A stretch of DNA of 64,000 nucleotides, taken from the NCBI GenBank assembly GCA_964057225.1, contig OZ059896.1:1054001-1118000 (forward strand). The letters run 5' to 3'. Position numbers and translations under genes: made by a program. This DNA comes from Auanema rhodensis (taxonomy: Eukaryota; Animalia; Nematoda). The notes under the pieces were generated by a model that saw only the letters and a list, made by a program, of their open reading frames with translations, was not told the DNA's origin and made no database searches. Below are positions 42,301-56,502 of the stretch, one piece after another. How positions within the stretch are numbered: the stretch's first letter is position 1; each line of letters opens with the position of its first letter.

Positions 42301-45300
42301 GTCCATCGTTTTTGCCTCAAAAAAAGGAATCTGAAAACATCTACTTTTCGCTAAATTATTTTGAAATTTTTCGAAAAAATTTTTGTCAAAATGTTTTTGG
42401 AAGCAATTTTGAGTGTACATGGAAACTCAACATACACTAATGCATCATTTTTCAAACGATCATAACTAATTTTGGTATAAAGCGTTTCTCAATGTAGTAT
42501 AGTGCATTCGATGCGGATTTTTAAGCTGCGTCGATCTGTACTATCAGATTTGCGCTAGCTTGAAAATGCACCGAGATATGAACTGATATAAGTTCACACT
42601 TATATCCTCGATTTTCACCCTGAAGAATTAATTTTTTCGTTGAATAACATTGTCCATCGTTTTTGCCTCGAAAAAAGGAATCTAAAAACATCTACTTTTC
42701 GCTAAATTATTTTGAAATTTTTCGAAAAAATTTTTGTCAAAATGTTTTTGGAAGCAATTTTGAGTGTACATGGAAACTCAACATACACTAATGCATCATT
42801 TTTCAAACGATCATAACTAATTTTTGTATTAAGCGTTTCTCAATGTAGTATAGTGCATTCGATGCGGATTTTTAAGCTGCGTCGATCTGTACTATCAGAT
42901 TTGCGCTAGCTTGAAAATGCACCGAGATATCAACTGATATAAGTTCACACTTATATCCTCGATTTTCACCCTATAGAATTAATTTTTTCGTTGAATAACA
43001 TTGTCCATCGTTTTTGCCTCGAAAAAAGGAATCTAAAAACATCTACTTTTCGCTAAATTATTTTGAAATTTTTCGAAAAAATTTTTGTCAAAATGTTTTT
43101 GGAAGCAATTTTGAGTGTACATGGAAACTCAACATACACTAATGCATCATTTTTCAAACGATCATAACTAATTTTTGTATTAAGCGTTTCTCAATGTAGT
43201 ATAGTGCATTCGATGCGGATTTTTAAGCTGCGTCGATCTGTACTATCAGATTTGCGCTAGCTTGAAAATGCACCGAGATATCAACTGATATAAGTTCACA
43301 CCTATATCCTCGATTTTCACCCTGAAGAATTAATTTTTTCGTTGAATAACATTGTCCATCGTTTTTGCCTTGAAAAAAGGAATCTAAAAACATCTACTTT
43401 TCGCTAAATTATTTTGAAATTTTTTGAAAAAATTTTTGTCAAAATGTTTTTGGAAGCAATTTTGAGTGTACATGGAAACTCAACATACACTAATGCATCA
43501 TTTTTCAAACGATCATAACTAATTTTTGTATTAAGCGTTTCTTAATGTAGTATAGTGCATTCGATGCGGATTTTTAAGCTGCGTCGATCTGTACTATCAG
43601 ATTTGCGCTAGCTTGAAAATGCACCGAGATATCAACTGATATAAGTTCACACTTATATCCTCGATTTTCACCCTATAGAATTAATTTTTTCGTTGAATAA
43701 CATTGTCCATCGTTTTTGCCTCGAAAAAAGGAATCTAAAAACATCTACTTTTCGCTAAATTATTTTGAAATTTTTCGAAAAAATTTTTGTCAAAATGTTT
43801 TTGGAAGCAATTTTGAGTGTACATGGAAACTCAACATACACTAATGCATCATTTTTCAAACGATCATAACTAATTTTTGTATTAAGCGTTTCTCAATGTA
43901 GTATAGTGCATTCGATGCGGATTTTTAAGCTGCGTCGATCTGTACTATCAGATTTGCGCTAGCTTGAAAATGCACCGAGATATCAACTGATATAAGTTCA
44001 CACCTATATCCTCGATTTTCACCCTGAAGAATTAATTTTTTCGTTGAATAACATTGTCCATAGTTTTTGCCTTGAAAAAAGGAATCTAAAAACATCTACT
44101 TTTCGCTAAATTATTTTGAAATTTTTTGAAAAAATTTTTGTCAAAATGTTTTTGGAAGCAATTTTGAGTGTACATGGAAACTCAACATACACTAATGCAT
44201 CATTTTTCAAACGATCATAACTAATTTTTGTATTAAGCGTTTCTCAATGTAGTATAGTGCATTCGATGCGGATTTTTAAGCTGCGTTGATCTGTACTATC
44301 AGATTTGCGCTAGCTTGAAAATGCACCGAGATATGAACTGATATAAGTTCACACTTATATCCTCGATTTTCACCCTGAAGAATTAATTTTTTCGTTGAAT
44401 AACATTGTCCATCGTTTTTGCCTCGAAAAAAGGAATCTAAAAACATCTACTTTTCGCTAAATTATTTTGAAATTTTTCGAAAAAATTTTTGTCAAAATGT
44501 TTTTGGAAGCAATTTTGAGTGTACATGGAAACTCAACATACACTAATGCATCATTTTTCAAACGATCATAACTAATTTTTGTATTAAGCGTTTCTCAATG
44601 TAGTATAGTGCATTCGATGCGGATTTTTAAGCTGCGTCGATCTGTACTATCAGATTTGCGCTAGCTTGAAAATGCACCGAGATATCAACTGATATAAGTT
44701 CACACCTATATCCTCGATTTTCACCCTGAAGAATTAATTTTTTCGTTGAATAACATTGTCCATCGTTTTTGCCTTGAAAAAAGGAATCTAAAAACATCTA
44801 CTTTTCGCTAAATTATTTTGAAATTTTTTGAAAAAATTTTTGTCAAAATGTTTTTGGAAGCAATTTTGAGTGTACATGGAAACTCAACATACACTAATGC
44901 ATCATTTTTCAAACGATCATAACTAATTTTTGTATTAAGCGTTTCTCAATGTAGTATAGTGCATTCGATGCGGATTTTTAAGCTGCGTCGATCTGTACTA
45001 TCAGATTTGCGCTAGCTTGAAAATGCACCGAGATATGAACTGATATAAGTTCACACTTATATCCTCGATTTTCACCCTATAGAATTAATTTTTTCGTTGA
45101 ATAACATTGTCCATCGTTTTTGCCTCGAAAAAAGGAATCTAAAAACATCTACTTTTCGCTAAATTATTTTGAAATTTTTCGAAAAAATTTTTGTCAAAAT
45201 GTTTTTGGAAGCAATTTTGAGTGTACATGGAAACTCAACATACACTAATGCATCATTTTTCAAACGATCATAACTAATTTTTGTATTAAGCGTTTCTCAA

Positions 45301-47729
45301 TGTAGTATAGTGCATTCGATGCGGATTTTTAAGCTGCGTCGATCTGTACTATCAGATTTGCGCTAGCTTGAAAATGCACCGAGATATCAACTGATATAAG
45401 TTCACACCTATATCCTCGATTTTCACCCTGAAGAATTAATTTTTTCGTTGAATAACATTGTCCATCGTTTTTGCCTTGAAAAAAGGAATCTAAAAACATC
45501 TACTTTTCGCTAAATTATTTTGAAATTTTTTGAAAAAATTTTTGTCAAAATGTTTTTGGAAGCAATTTTGAGTGTACATGGAAACTCAACATACACTAAT
45601 GCATCATTTTTCGAACGATCATAACTAATTTTTGTATTAAGCGTTTCTCAATGTAGTATAGTGCATTCGATGCGGATTTTTAAGCTGCGTCGATCTGTAC
45701 TATCAGATTTGCGCTAGCTTGAAAATGCACCGAGATATCAACTGATATAAGTTCACACTTATATCCTCGATTTTCACCCTATAGAATTAATTTTTTCGTT
45801 GAATAACATTGTCCATCGTTTTTGCCTCAAAAAAAGGAATCTAAAAACATCTACTTTTCGCTAAATTATTTTGAAATTTTTCGAAAAAATTTTTGTCAAA
45901 ATGTTTTTGGAAGCAATTTGGAGTGTACATGGAAACTCAACATACACTAATGCATCATTTTTCAAACGATCATAACTAATTTTTGTATTAAGCGTTTCTC
46001 AATGTAGTATAGTGCATTCGATGCGGATTTTTAAGCTGCGTCGATCTGTACTATCAGATTTGCGCTAGCTTGAAAATGCACCGAGATATCAACTGATATA
46101 AGTTCACACTTATATCCTCGATTTTCACCCTGAAGAATTAATTTTTTCGTTGAATAACATTGTCCATCGTTTTTGCCTCGAAAAAAGGAATCTAAAAACA
46201 TCTACTTTTCGCTAAATTATTTTGAAATTTTTCGAAAAAATTTTTGTCAAAATGTTTTTGGAAGCAATTTTGAGTGTACATGGAAACTCAACATACACTA
46301 ATGCATCATTTTTCAAACGATCATAACTAATTTTTGTATTAAGCGTTTCTCAATGTAGTATAGTGCATTCGATGCGGATTTTTAAGCTGCGTCGATCTGT
46401 ACTATCAGATTTGCGCTAGCTTGAAAATGCACCGAGATATCAACTGATATAAGTTCACACCTATATCCTCGATTTTCACCCTGAAGAATTAATTTTTTCG
46501 TTGAATAACATTGTCCATCGTTTTTGCCTTGAAAAAAGGAATCTAAAAACATCTACTTTTCGCTAAATTATTTTGAAATTTTTTGAAAAAATTTTTGTCA
46601 AAATGTTTTTGGAAGCAATTTTGAGTGTACATGGAAACTCAACATACACTAATGCATCATTTTTCAAACGATCATAACTAATTTTTGTATTAAGCGTTTC
46701 TCAATGTAGTATAGTGCATTCGATGCGGATTTTTAAGCTGCGTCGATCTGTACTATCAGATTTGCGCTAGCTTGAAAATGCACCGAGATATGAACTGATA
46801 TAAGTTCACACTTATATCCTCGATTTTCACCCTATAGAATTAATTTTTTCGTTGAATAACATTGTCCATCGTTTTTGCCTCGAAAAAAGGAATCTAAAAA
46901 CATCTACTTTTCGCTAAATTATTTTGAAATTTTTCGAAAAAATTTTTGTCAAAATGTTTTTGGAAGCAATTTTGAGTGTACATGGAAACTCAACATACAC
47001 TAATGCATCATTTTTCAAACGATCATAACTAATTTTTGTATTAAGCGTTTCTCAATGTAGTATAGTGCATTCGATGCGGATTTTTAAGCTGCGTCGATCT
47101 GTACTATCAGATTTGCGCTAGCTTGAAAATGCACCGAGATATCAACTGATATAAGTTCACACCTATATCCTCGATTTTCACCCTGAAGAATTAATTTTTT
47201 CGTTGAATAACATTGTCCATCGTTTTTGCCTTGAAAAAAGGAATCTAAAAACATCTACTTTTCGCTAAATTATTTTGAAATTTTTTGAAAAAATTTTTGT
47301 CAAAATGTTTTTGGAAGCAATTTTGAGTGTACATGGAAACTCAACATACACTAATGCATCATTTTTCGAACGATCATAACTAATTTTTGTATTAAGCGTT
47401 TCTCAATGTAGTATAGTGCATTCGATGCGGATTTTTAAGCTGCGTCGATCTGTACTATCAGATTTGCGCTAGCTTGAAAATGCACCGAGATATCAACTGA
47501 TATAAGTTCACACTTATATCCTCGATTTTCACCCTATAGAATTAATTTTTTCGTTGAATAACATTGTCCATCGTTTTTGCCTCGAAAAAAGGAATCTAAA
47601 AACATCTACTTTTCGCTAAATTATTTTGAAATTTTTCGAAAAAATTTTTGTCAAAATGTTTTTGGAAGCAATTTGGAGTGTACATGGAAACTCAACATAC
47701 ACTAATGCATCATTTTTCAAACGATCATA
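33339..47729 (+). repeat. Array domain 3 (M96-M136): most homogeneous part, largely alternating two monomer types
   Basis: A T136C+C205T+C259T monomer mostly alternates with near-consensus monomers carrying C116G and/or GA158-159AT. Boundaries are approximate. Confidence 0.7.
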
Positions 47730-50185
47730 ACTAATTTTTGTATTAAGCGTTTCTCAATGTAGTATAGTGCATTCGATGCGGATTTTTAAGCTGCGTCGAT
47801 CTGTACTATCAGATTTGCGCTAGCTTGAAAATGCACCGAGATATGAACTGATATAAGTTCACACTTATATCCTCGATTTTCACCCTGAAGAATTAATTTT
47901 TTCGTTGAATTACATCGTCCTTCGTTTTTGCCTTGAAAAAAGGAATCTAAAAACATCTACTTTTCGCTAAATTATTTTGAAATTTTTCGAAAAAATTTTT
48001 GTCAAAATGTTTTTGGAAGCAATTTTGAGTGTACATGGAAACTCAACATACACTAATGCATCATTTTTCAAACGATCATAACTAATTTTGGTATTAAGCG
48101 TTTCTCAATGTAGTATAGTGCATTCGATGCGGATTTTTAAGCTGCGTCGATCTGTGTTATCAGATTTGCGCTAGCTGAAAAATGCACCGAGATATCAACT
48201 GATATAAGTTCACACTTATATTTTCGATTTTCACCCTGAAGAATTAATTTTTTCGTTGAATAACATTGTCCATCGTTTTTACCTCGAAAAAAGGAATCTA
48301 AAAACATCTACTTTTCGCTAAATTATTTTGAAATTTTTCGAAAAAATTTTTGTCAAAATGTTTTTGGAAGCAATTTGGAGTGTACATGGAAACTCAACAT
48401 ACACTAATGCATCATTTTTCAAACGATCATAACTAATTTTTGTATTAAGCGTTTCTCAATGTAGTATAGTGCATTCGATGCGGATTTTTAAGCTGCGTCG
48501 ATCTGTACTATCAGATTTGCGCTAGCTTGAAAATGCACCGAGATATGAACTGATATAAGTTCACACTTATATCCTCGATTTTCACCCTGAAGAATTAATT
48601 TTTTCGTTGAATTACATCGTCCTTCGTTTTTGCCTTGAAAAAAGGAATCTAAAAACATCTACTTTTCGCTAAATTATTTTGAAATTTTTCGAAAAAATTT
48701 TTGTCAAAATGTTTTTGGAAGCAATTTTGAGTGTACATGGAAACTCAACATACACTAATGCATCATTTTTCAAACGATCATAACTAATTTTGGTATTAAG
48801 CGTTTCTCAATGTAGTATAGTGCATTCGATGCGGATTTTTAAGCTGCGTCGATCTGTGTTATCAGATTTGCGCTAGCTGAAAAATGCACCGAGATATCAA
48901 CTGATATAAGTTCACACTTATATTTTCGATTTTCACCCTGAAGAATTAATTTTTTCGTTGAATAACATTGTCCATCGTTTTTACCTCGAAAAAAGGAATC
49001 TAAAAACATCTACTTTTCGCTAAATTATTTTGAAATTTTCGAAAAAATTTTTGTCAAAATGTTTTTGGAAGCAATGTTGAGTGTACATGGAAACTCAACA
49101 TACACTAATGCATCATTTTTCAAACGATCATAACTAATTTTTGTATTAAGCGTTTCTCAATGTAGTATAGTGCATTCGATGCGGATTTTTAAGCTGCGTC
49201 GATCTGTACTATCAGATTTGCGCTAGCTTGAAAATGCATCGAGATATGAACTGATATAAGTTCACACTTATATCCTCGATTTTCACCCTGAAGAATTAAT
49301 TTTTTCGTTGAATTACATTGTCCTTCGTTTTTGCCTTGAAAAAAGGAATCTAAAAACATCTACTTTTCGCTAAATTATTTTGAAATTTTTCGAAAAAATT
49401 TTTGTCAAAATGTTTTTGGAAGCAATGTTGAGTGTACATGGAAACTCAACATACACTAATGCATCATTTTTCAAACGATCATAACTAAATTTTGTATTAA
49501 GCGTTTCTCAATGTAGTATAGTGCATTCGATGCGGATTTTTAAGCTGCGTCGATCTGTACTATCAGATTTGCGCTAGCTTGAAAATGCACCGAGATATCA
49601 ACTGATATAAGTTCACACCTATATCCTCGATTTTCACCCTGAAGAATTAATTTTTTCGTTGAATAACATTGTCCATCGTTTTTGCCTTGAAAAAAGGAAT
49701 CTAAAAACATCTACTTTTCGCTAAATTATTTTGAAATTTTTTGAAAAAATTTTTGTCAAAATGTTTTTGGAAGCAATTTTGAGTGTACATGGAAACTCAA
49801 CATACACTAATGCATCATTTTTCAAACGATCATAACTAATTTTTGTATTAAGCGTTTCTCAATGTAGTATAGTGCATTCGATGCGAATTTTTAAGCTGCG
49901 TCGATCTGTACTATCAGATTTGCGCTAGCTTGAAAATGCACCGAGATATCAACTGATATAAGTTCACACTTATATCCTCGATTTTCACCCTGAAGAATTA
50001 ATTTTTTCGTTGAATAACATTGTCCATCGTTTTTGCCTCGAAAAAAGAAATCTAAAAACATCTACTTTTCGCTAAATTATTTTGAAATTTTTCGAAAAAA
50101 TTTTTGTCAAAATGTTTTTGGAAGCAATGTTGAGTGTACATGGAAACTCAACATACACTAATGCATCATTTTTCAAACGATCATA

Positions 50186-53100
50186 ACTAATTTTTGTATT
50201 AAGCTTTTCTTAATGTAGTATAGTGCATTCGATGCGGATTTTTAAGCTGCGTCGATCTGTGTTATCAAATTTCCGCTAGCTTAAAAATGCACCGAGATAT
50301 CAACTGATATAAGTTCACACTTATATCCTCGGTTTTCACCCTGAAGAATTAATTTTTTCGTTGAATAACATTGTCCATCGTTTTTGCCTCGAAAAAAGGA
50401 ATCTAAAAACATCTACTTTTCGCTAAATTATTTTGAAATTTTTTGAAAAAATTTTTGTCAAAATGTTTTTGGAAGCAATTTGGAGTGTACATGGAAACTC
50501 AACATACACTAATGCATCATTTTTCAAACGATCATAACTAATTTTTGTATTAAGCGTTTCTCAATGTAGTATAGTGCATTCGATGCGGATGTTTAAGCTG
50601 CGTCGATCTGTACTATCAGATTTGCGCTGGCTTGAAAATGCACCGAGATATCAACTGATATAAGTTCACACCTATATCCTCGATTTTCACCCTGAAGAAT
50701 TAATTTTTTCGTTGAATAACATTGTCCATCGTTTTTGCCTTGAAAAAAGGAATCTAAAAACATCTACTTTTTGCTAAATTATTCTGAAATTTTTCGAAAA
50801 AATTTTTGTCAAAATGTTTTTGGAAGCAATTTTGAGTGTACATGGAAACTCAACATACACTAATGCATCATTTTTCAAACGATCATAACTTATTTTTGTA
50901 TTAAGCGTTTCTCAATGTAGTATAGTGCATTCGATGCGGATTTTTAAGCTGCGTCGATCTGTGTTATCAAATTTCCGCTAGCTTAAAAATGCACCGAGAT
51001 ATCAACTGATATAAGTTCACACTTATATCCTCGGTTTTCACCCTGAAGAATTAATTTTTTCGTTGAATAACATTGTCCATCGTTTTTGCCTCGAAAAAAG
51101 GAATCTAAAAACATCTACTTTTCGCTAAATTATTTTGAAATTTTTTGAAAAAATTTTTGTCAAAATGTTTTTGGAAGCAATTTGGAGTGTACATGGAAAC
51201 TCAACATACACTAATGCATCATTTTTCAAACGATCATAACTAATTTTTGTATTAAGCGTTTCTCAATGTAGTATAGTGCATTCGATGCGGATGTTTAAGC
51301 TGCGTCGATCTGTACTATCAGATTTGCGCTGGCTTGAAAATGCACCGAGATATCAACTGATATAAGTTCACACCTATATCCTCGATTTTCACCCTGAAGA
51401 ATTAATTTTTTCGTTGAATAACATTGTCCATCGTTTTTGCCTTGAAAAAAGGAATCTAAAAACATCTACTTTTTGCTAAATTATTCTGAAATTTTTCGAA
51501 AAAATTTTTGTCAAAATGTTTTTGGAAGCAATTTTGAGTGTACATGGAAACTCAACATACACTAATGCATCATTTTTCAAACGATCATAACTTATTTTTG
51601 TATTAAGCGTTTCTCAATGTAGTATAGTGCATTCGATGCGGATTTTTAAGCTGCGTCGATCTGTACTATCAGATTTGCGCTAGCTCGAAAATGCACCGAG
51701 ATATCAACTGATATAAGTTCACACTTATATCCTCGATTTTCACCCTGAAGAATTAATTTTTTCGTTGAATAACATTGTCCATCGTTTTTGCCTCGAAAAA
51801 AGGAATCTAAAAACAACTACTTTTCGCTAAATTATTTTGAAATTTTCGAAAAAATTTTTGTCAAAATGTTTTTGGAAGCAATGTTGAGTGTACATGGAAA
51901 CTCAACATACACTAATGCATCATTTTTCAAACGATCATAACTAAATTTTGTATTAAGCGTTTCTCAATGTAGTATAGTGCATTCGATGCGGATTTTTAAG
52001 CTGCGTCGATCTGTACTATCAGATTTGCGCTAGCTTGAAAATGCACCGAGATATCAACTGATATAAGTTCACACTTATATCCTCGATTTTCACCCTGAAG
52101 AATTAATTTTTTCGTTGAATAACATTGTCCATCGTTTTTGCCTCGAAAAAAGGAATCTAAAAACATCTACTTTTCGCTAAATTATTTTGAAATTTTTCGA
52201 AAAAATTTTTGTCAAAATGTTTTTGGAAGCAATTTTGAGTGTACATGGAAACTCAACATACACTAATGCATCATTTTCCAAACGATCATAACTAACTTTT
52301 GTATTAAGCTTTTCTTAATGTAGTATATTGCATTCGATGCGGGTTTTTAAGCTGCGTCGATCTGTGTTATCAGATTTCCGCTAGCTTAAAAAGGCACCGA
52401 GATATCAACTGATATAAGTTCACACTTATATCCTCGATTTTCACCCTGAAGAATTAATTTTTTCGTTGAATAACATTGTCCATCGTTTTTTCCTCAAAAA
52501 AAGGAATCTGAAAACATCTACTTTTCGCTAAATTATTTTGAAATTTTTCGAAAAAATTTTTGTCAAAATGTTTTTGGAAGCAATTTTGAGTGTACATGGA
52601 AACTCAACATACACTAATGCATCATTTTCCAAACGATCATAACTAACTTTTGTATTAAGCTTTTCTTAATGTAGTATATTGCATTCGATGCGGATTTTTA
52701 AGCTGCGTCGATCTGTGTTATCAGATTTCCGCTAGCTTAAAAAGGCACCGAGATATCAACTGATATAAGTTCACACTTATATCCTCGATTTTCACCCTGA
52801 AGAATTAATTTTTTCGTTGAATAACATTGTCCATCGTTTTTGCCTCAAAAAAAGGAATCTGAAAACATCTACTTTTCGCTAAATTATTTTGAAATTTTTC
52901 GAAAAAATTTTTGTCAAAATGTTTTTGGAAGCAATTTTGAGTGTACATGGAAACTCAACATACACTAATGCATCATTTTTCAAACGATCATAACTAATTT
53001 TGGTATAAAGCGTTTCTCAATGTAGTATAGTGCATTCGATGCGGATTTTTAAGCTGCGTCGATCTGTACTATCAGATTTGCGCTAGCTTGAAAATGCACC

Positions 53101-56100
53101 GAGATATGAACTGATATAAGTTCACACTTATATCCTCGATTTTCACCCTGAAGAATTAATTTTTTCGTTGAATAACATTGTCCATCGTTTTTGCCTCGAA
53201 AAAAGGAATCTAAAAACATCTACTTTTCGCTAAATTATTTTGAAATTTTTCGAAAAAATTTTTGTCAAAATGTTTTTGGAAGCAATTTTGAGTGTACATG
53301 GAAACTCAACATACACTAATGCATCATTTTTCAAACGATCATAACTAATTTTTGTATTAAGCGTTTCTCAATGTAGTATAGTGCATTCGATGCGGATTTT
53401 TAAGCTGCGTCGATCTGTACTATCAGATTTGCGCTAGCTTGAAAATGCACCGAGATATCAACTGATATAAGTTCACACCTATATCCTCGATTTTCACCCT
53501 GAAGAATTAATTTTTTCGTTGAATAACATTGTCCATCGTTTTTGCCTTGAAAAAAGGAATCTAAAAACATCTACTTTTCGCTAAATTATTTTGAAATTTT
53601 TTGAAAAAATTTTTGTCAAAATGTTTTTGGAAGCAATTTTGAGTGTACATGGAAACTCAACATACACTAATGCATCATTTTTCAAACGATCATAACTAAT
53701 TTTTGTATTAAGCGTTTCTCAATGTAGTATAGTGCATTCGATGCGGATTTTTAAGCTGCGTCGATCTGTACTATCAGATTTGCGCTAGCTTGAAAATGCA
53801 CCGAGATATCAACTGATATAAGTTCACACCTATATCCTCGATTTTCACCCTGAAGAATTAATTTTTTCGTTGAATAACATTGTCCATCGTTTTTGCCTTG
53901 AAAAAAGGAATCTAAAAACATCTACTTTTCGCTAAATTATTTTGAAATTTTTTGAAAAAATTTTTGTCAAAATGTTTTTGGAAGCAATTTTGAGTGTACA
54001 TGGAAACCCAACATACACTAATGCATCATTTTTCAAACGATCATAACTAATTTTTGTATTAAGCGTTTCTCAATGTAGTATAGTGCATTCGATGCGGATT
54101 TTTAAGCTGCGTCGATCTGTACTATCAGATTTGCGCTAGCTTGAAAATGCACCGAGATATGAACTGATATAAGTTCACACTTATATCCTCGATTTTCACC
54201 CTGAAGAATTAATTTTTTCGTTGAATAACATTGTCCATCGTTTTTGCCTCGAAAAAAGGAATCTAAAAACATCTACTTACCGCTAAATTATTTTGAAATT
54301 TTTCGAAAAAATTTTTGTCAAAATGTTTTTGGAAGCAATTTTGAGTGTACATGGAAACTCAACATACACTAATGCATCATTTTTCAAACGATCATAACTA
54401 ATTTTTGTATTAAGCGTTTCTCAATGTAGTATAGTGCATTCGATGCGGATTTTTAAGCTGCGTCGATCTGTGTTATCAGATTTCCGCTAGCTTAAAAAGG
54501 CACCGAGATATCAACTGATATAAGTTCACACTTATATCCTCGATTTTCACCCTGAAGAATTAATTTTTTCGTTGAATAACATTGTCCATCGTTTTTGCCT
54601 CAAAAAAAGGAATCTGAAAACATCTACTTTTCGCTAAATTATTTTGAAATTTTTCGAAAAAATTTTTGTCAAAATGTTTTTGGAAGCAATTTTGAGTGTA
54701 CATGGAAACTCAACATACACTAATGCATCATTTTTCAAACGATCATAACTAATTTTGGTATAAAGCGTTTCTCAATGTAGTATAGTGCATTCGATGCGGA
54801 TTTTTAAGCTGCGTCGATCTGTACTATCAGATTTGCGCTAGCTTGAAAATGCACCGAGATATCAACTGATATAAGTTCACACTTATATCCTCGATTTTCA
54901 CCCTATAGAATTAATTTTTTCGTTGAATAACATTGTCCATCGTTTTTGCCTCGAAAAAAGGAATCTAAAAACATCTACTTTTCGCTAAATTATTTTGAAA
55001 TTTTTCGAAAAAATTTTTGTCAAAATGTTTTTGGAAGCAATTTTGAGTGTACATGGAAACTCAACATACACTAATGCATCATTTTTCAAACGATCATAAC
55101 TAATTTTTGTATTAAGCGTTTCTCAATGTAGTATAGTGCATTCGATGCGGATTTTTAAGCTGCGTCGATCTGTACTATCAGATTTGCGCTAGCTTGAAAA
55201 TGCACCGAGATATGAACTGATATAAGTTCACACTTATATCCTCGATTTTCACCCTGAAGAATTAATTTTTTCGTTGAATTACATTGTCCTTCGTTTTTGC
55301 CTTGAAAAAAGGAATCTAAAAACATCTACTTTTCGCTAAATTATTTTGAAATTTTTCGAAAAAATTTTTGTCAAAATGTTTTTGGAAGCAATTTTGAGTG
55401 TACATGGAAACTCAACATACACTAATGCATCATTTTTCAAACGATCATAACTAATTTTGGTATTAAGCGTTTCTCAATGTGATATAGTGCATTCGATGCG
55501 GATTTTTAAGCTGCGTCGATCTGTGTTATCAAATTTCCGCTAGCTTAAAAATGCACCGAGATATCAACTGATATAAGTTCACACTTATATCCTCGGTTTT
55601 CACCCTGAAGAATTAATTTTTTCGTTGAATAACATTGTCCATCGTTTTTGCCTCGAAAAAAGGAATCTAAAAACATCTACTTTTCGCTAAATTATTTTGA
55701 AATTTTTTGAAAAAATTTTTGTCAAAATGTTTTTGGAAGCAATTTGGAGTGTACATGGAAACTCAACATACACTAATGCATCATTTTTCAAACGATCATA
55801 ACTAATTTTTGTATTAAGCGTTTCTCAATGTAGTATAGTGCATTCGATGCGGATTTTTAAGCTGCGTCGATCTGTACTATCAGATTTGCGCTAGCTTGAA
55901 AATGCACCGAGATATGAACTGATATAAGTTCACACTTATATCCTCGATTTTCACCCTGAAGAATTAATTTTTTCGTTGAATTACATTGTCCTTCGTTTTT
56001 GCCTTGAAAAAAAGAATCTAAAAACATCTACTTTTCGCTAAATTATTTTGAAATTTTTCGAAAAAATTTTTGTCAAAATGTTTTTGGAAGCAATGTTGAG

Positions 56101-56502
56101 TGTACATGGAAACTCAACATACACTAATGCATCATTTTTCAAACGATCATAACTAAATTTTGTATTAAGCGTTTCTCAATGTAGTATAGTGCATTCGATG
56201 CGGATTTTTAAGCTGCGTCGATCTGTACTATCAGATTTGCGCTAGCTTGAAAATGCACCGAGATATCAACTGATATAAGTTCACACTTATATCCTCGATT
56301 TTCACCCTGAAGAATTAATTTTTTCGTTGAATAACATTGTCCATCGTTTTTGCCTCGAAAAAAGGAATCTAAAAACATCTACTTTTCGCTAAATTATTTT
56401 GAAATTTTTCGAAAAAATTTTTGTCAAAATGTTTTTGGAAGCAATGTTGAGTGTACATGGAAACTCAACATACACTAATGCATCATTTTTCAAACGATCA
56501 TA
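50186..56502 (+). repeat. 18-monomer higher-order repeat, copy 1 (6317 bp, M144-M161)
   Basis: Rare markers recur 6317 bp later: GATGTTTAAG (~50591/56908 and ~51293/57610), AACAACTAC with a 1-bp deletion (~51815/58132), GCGGGTTT (~52343/58660). Confidence 0.9.
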
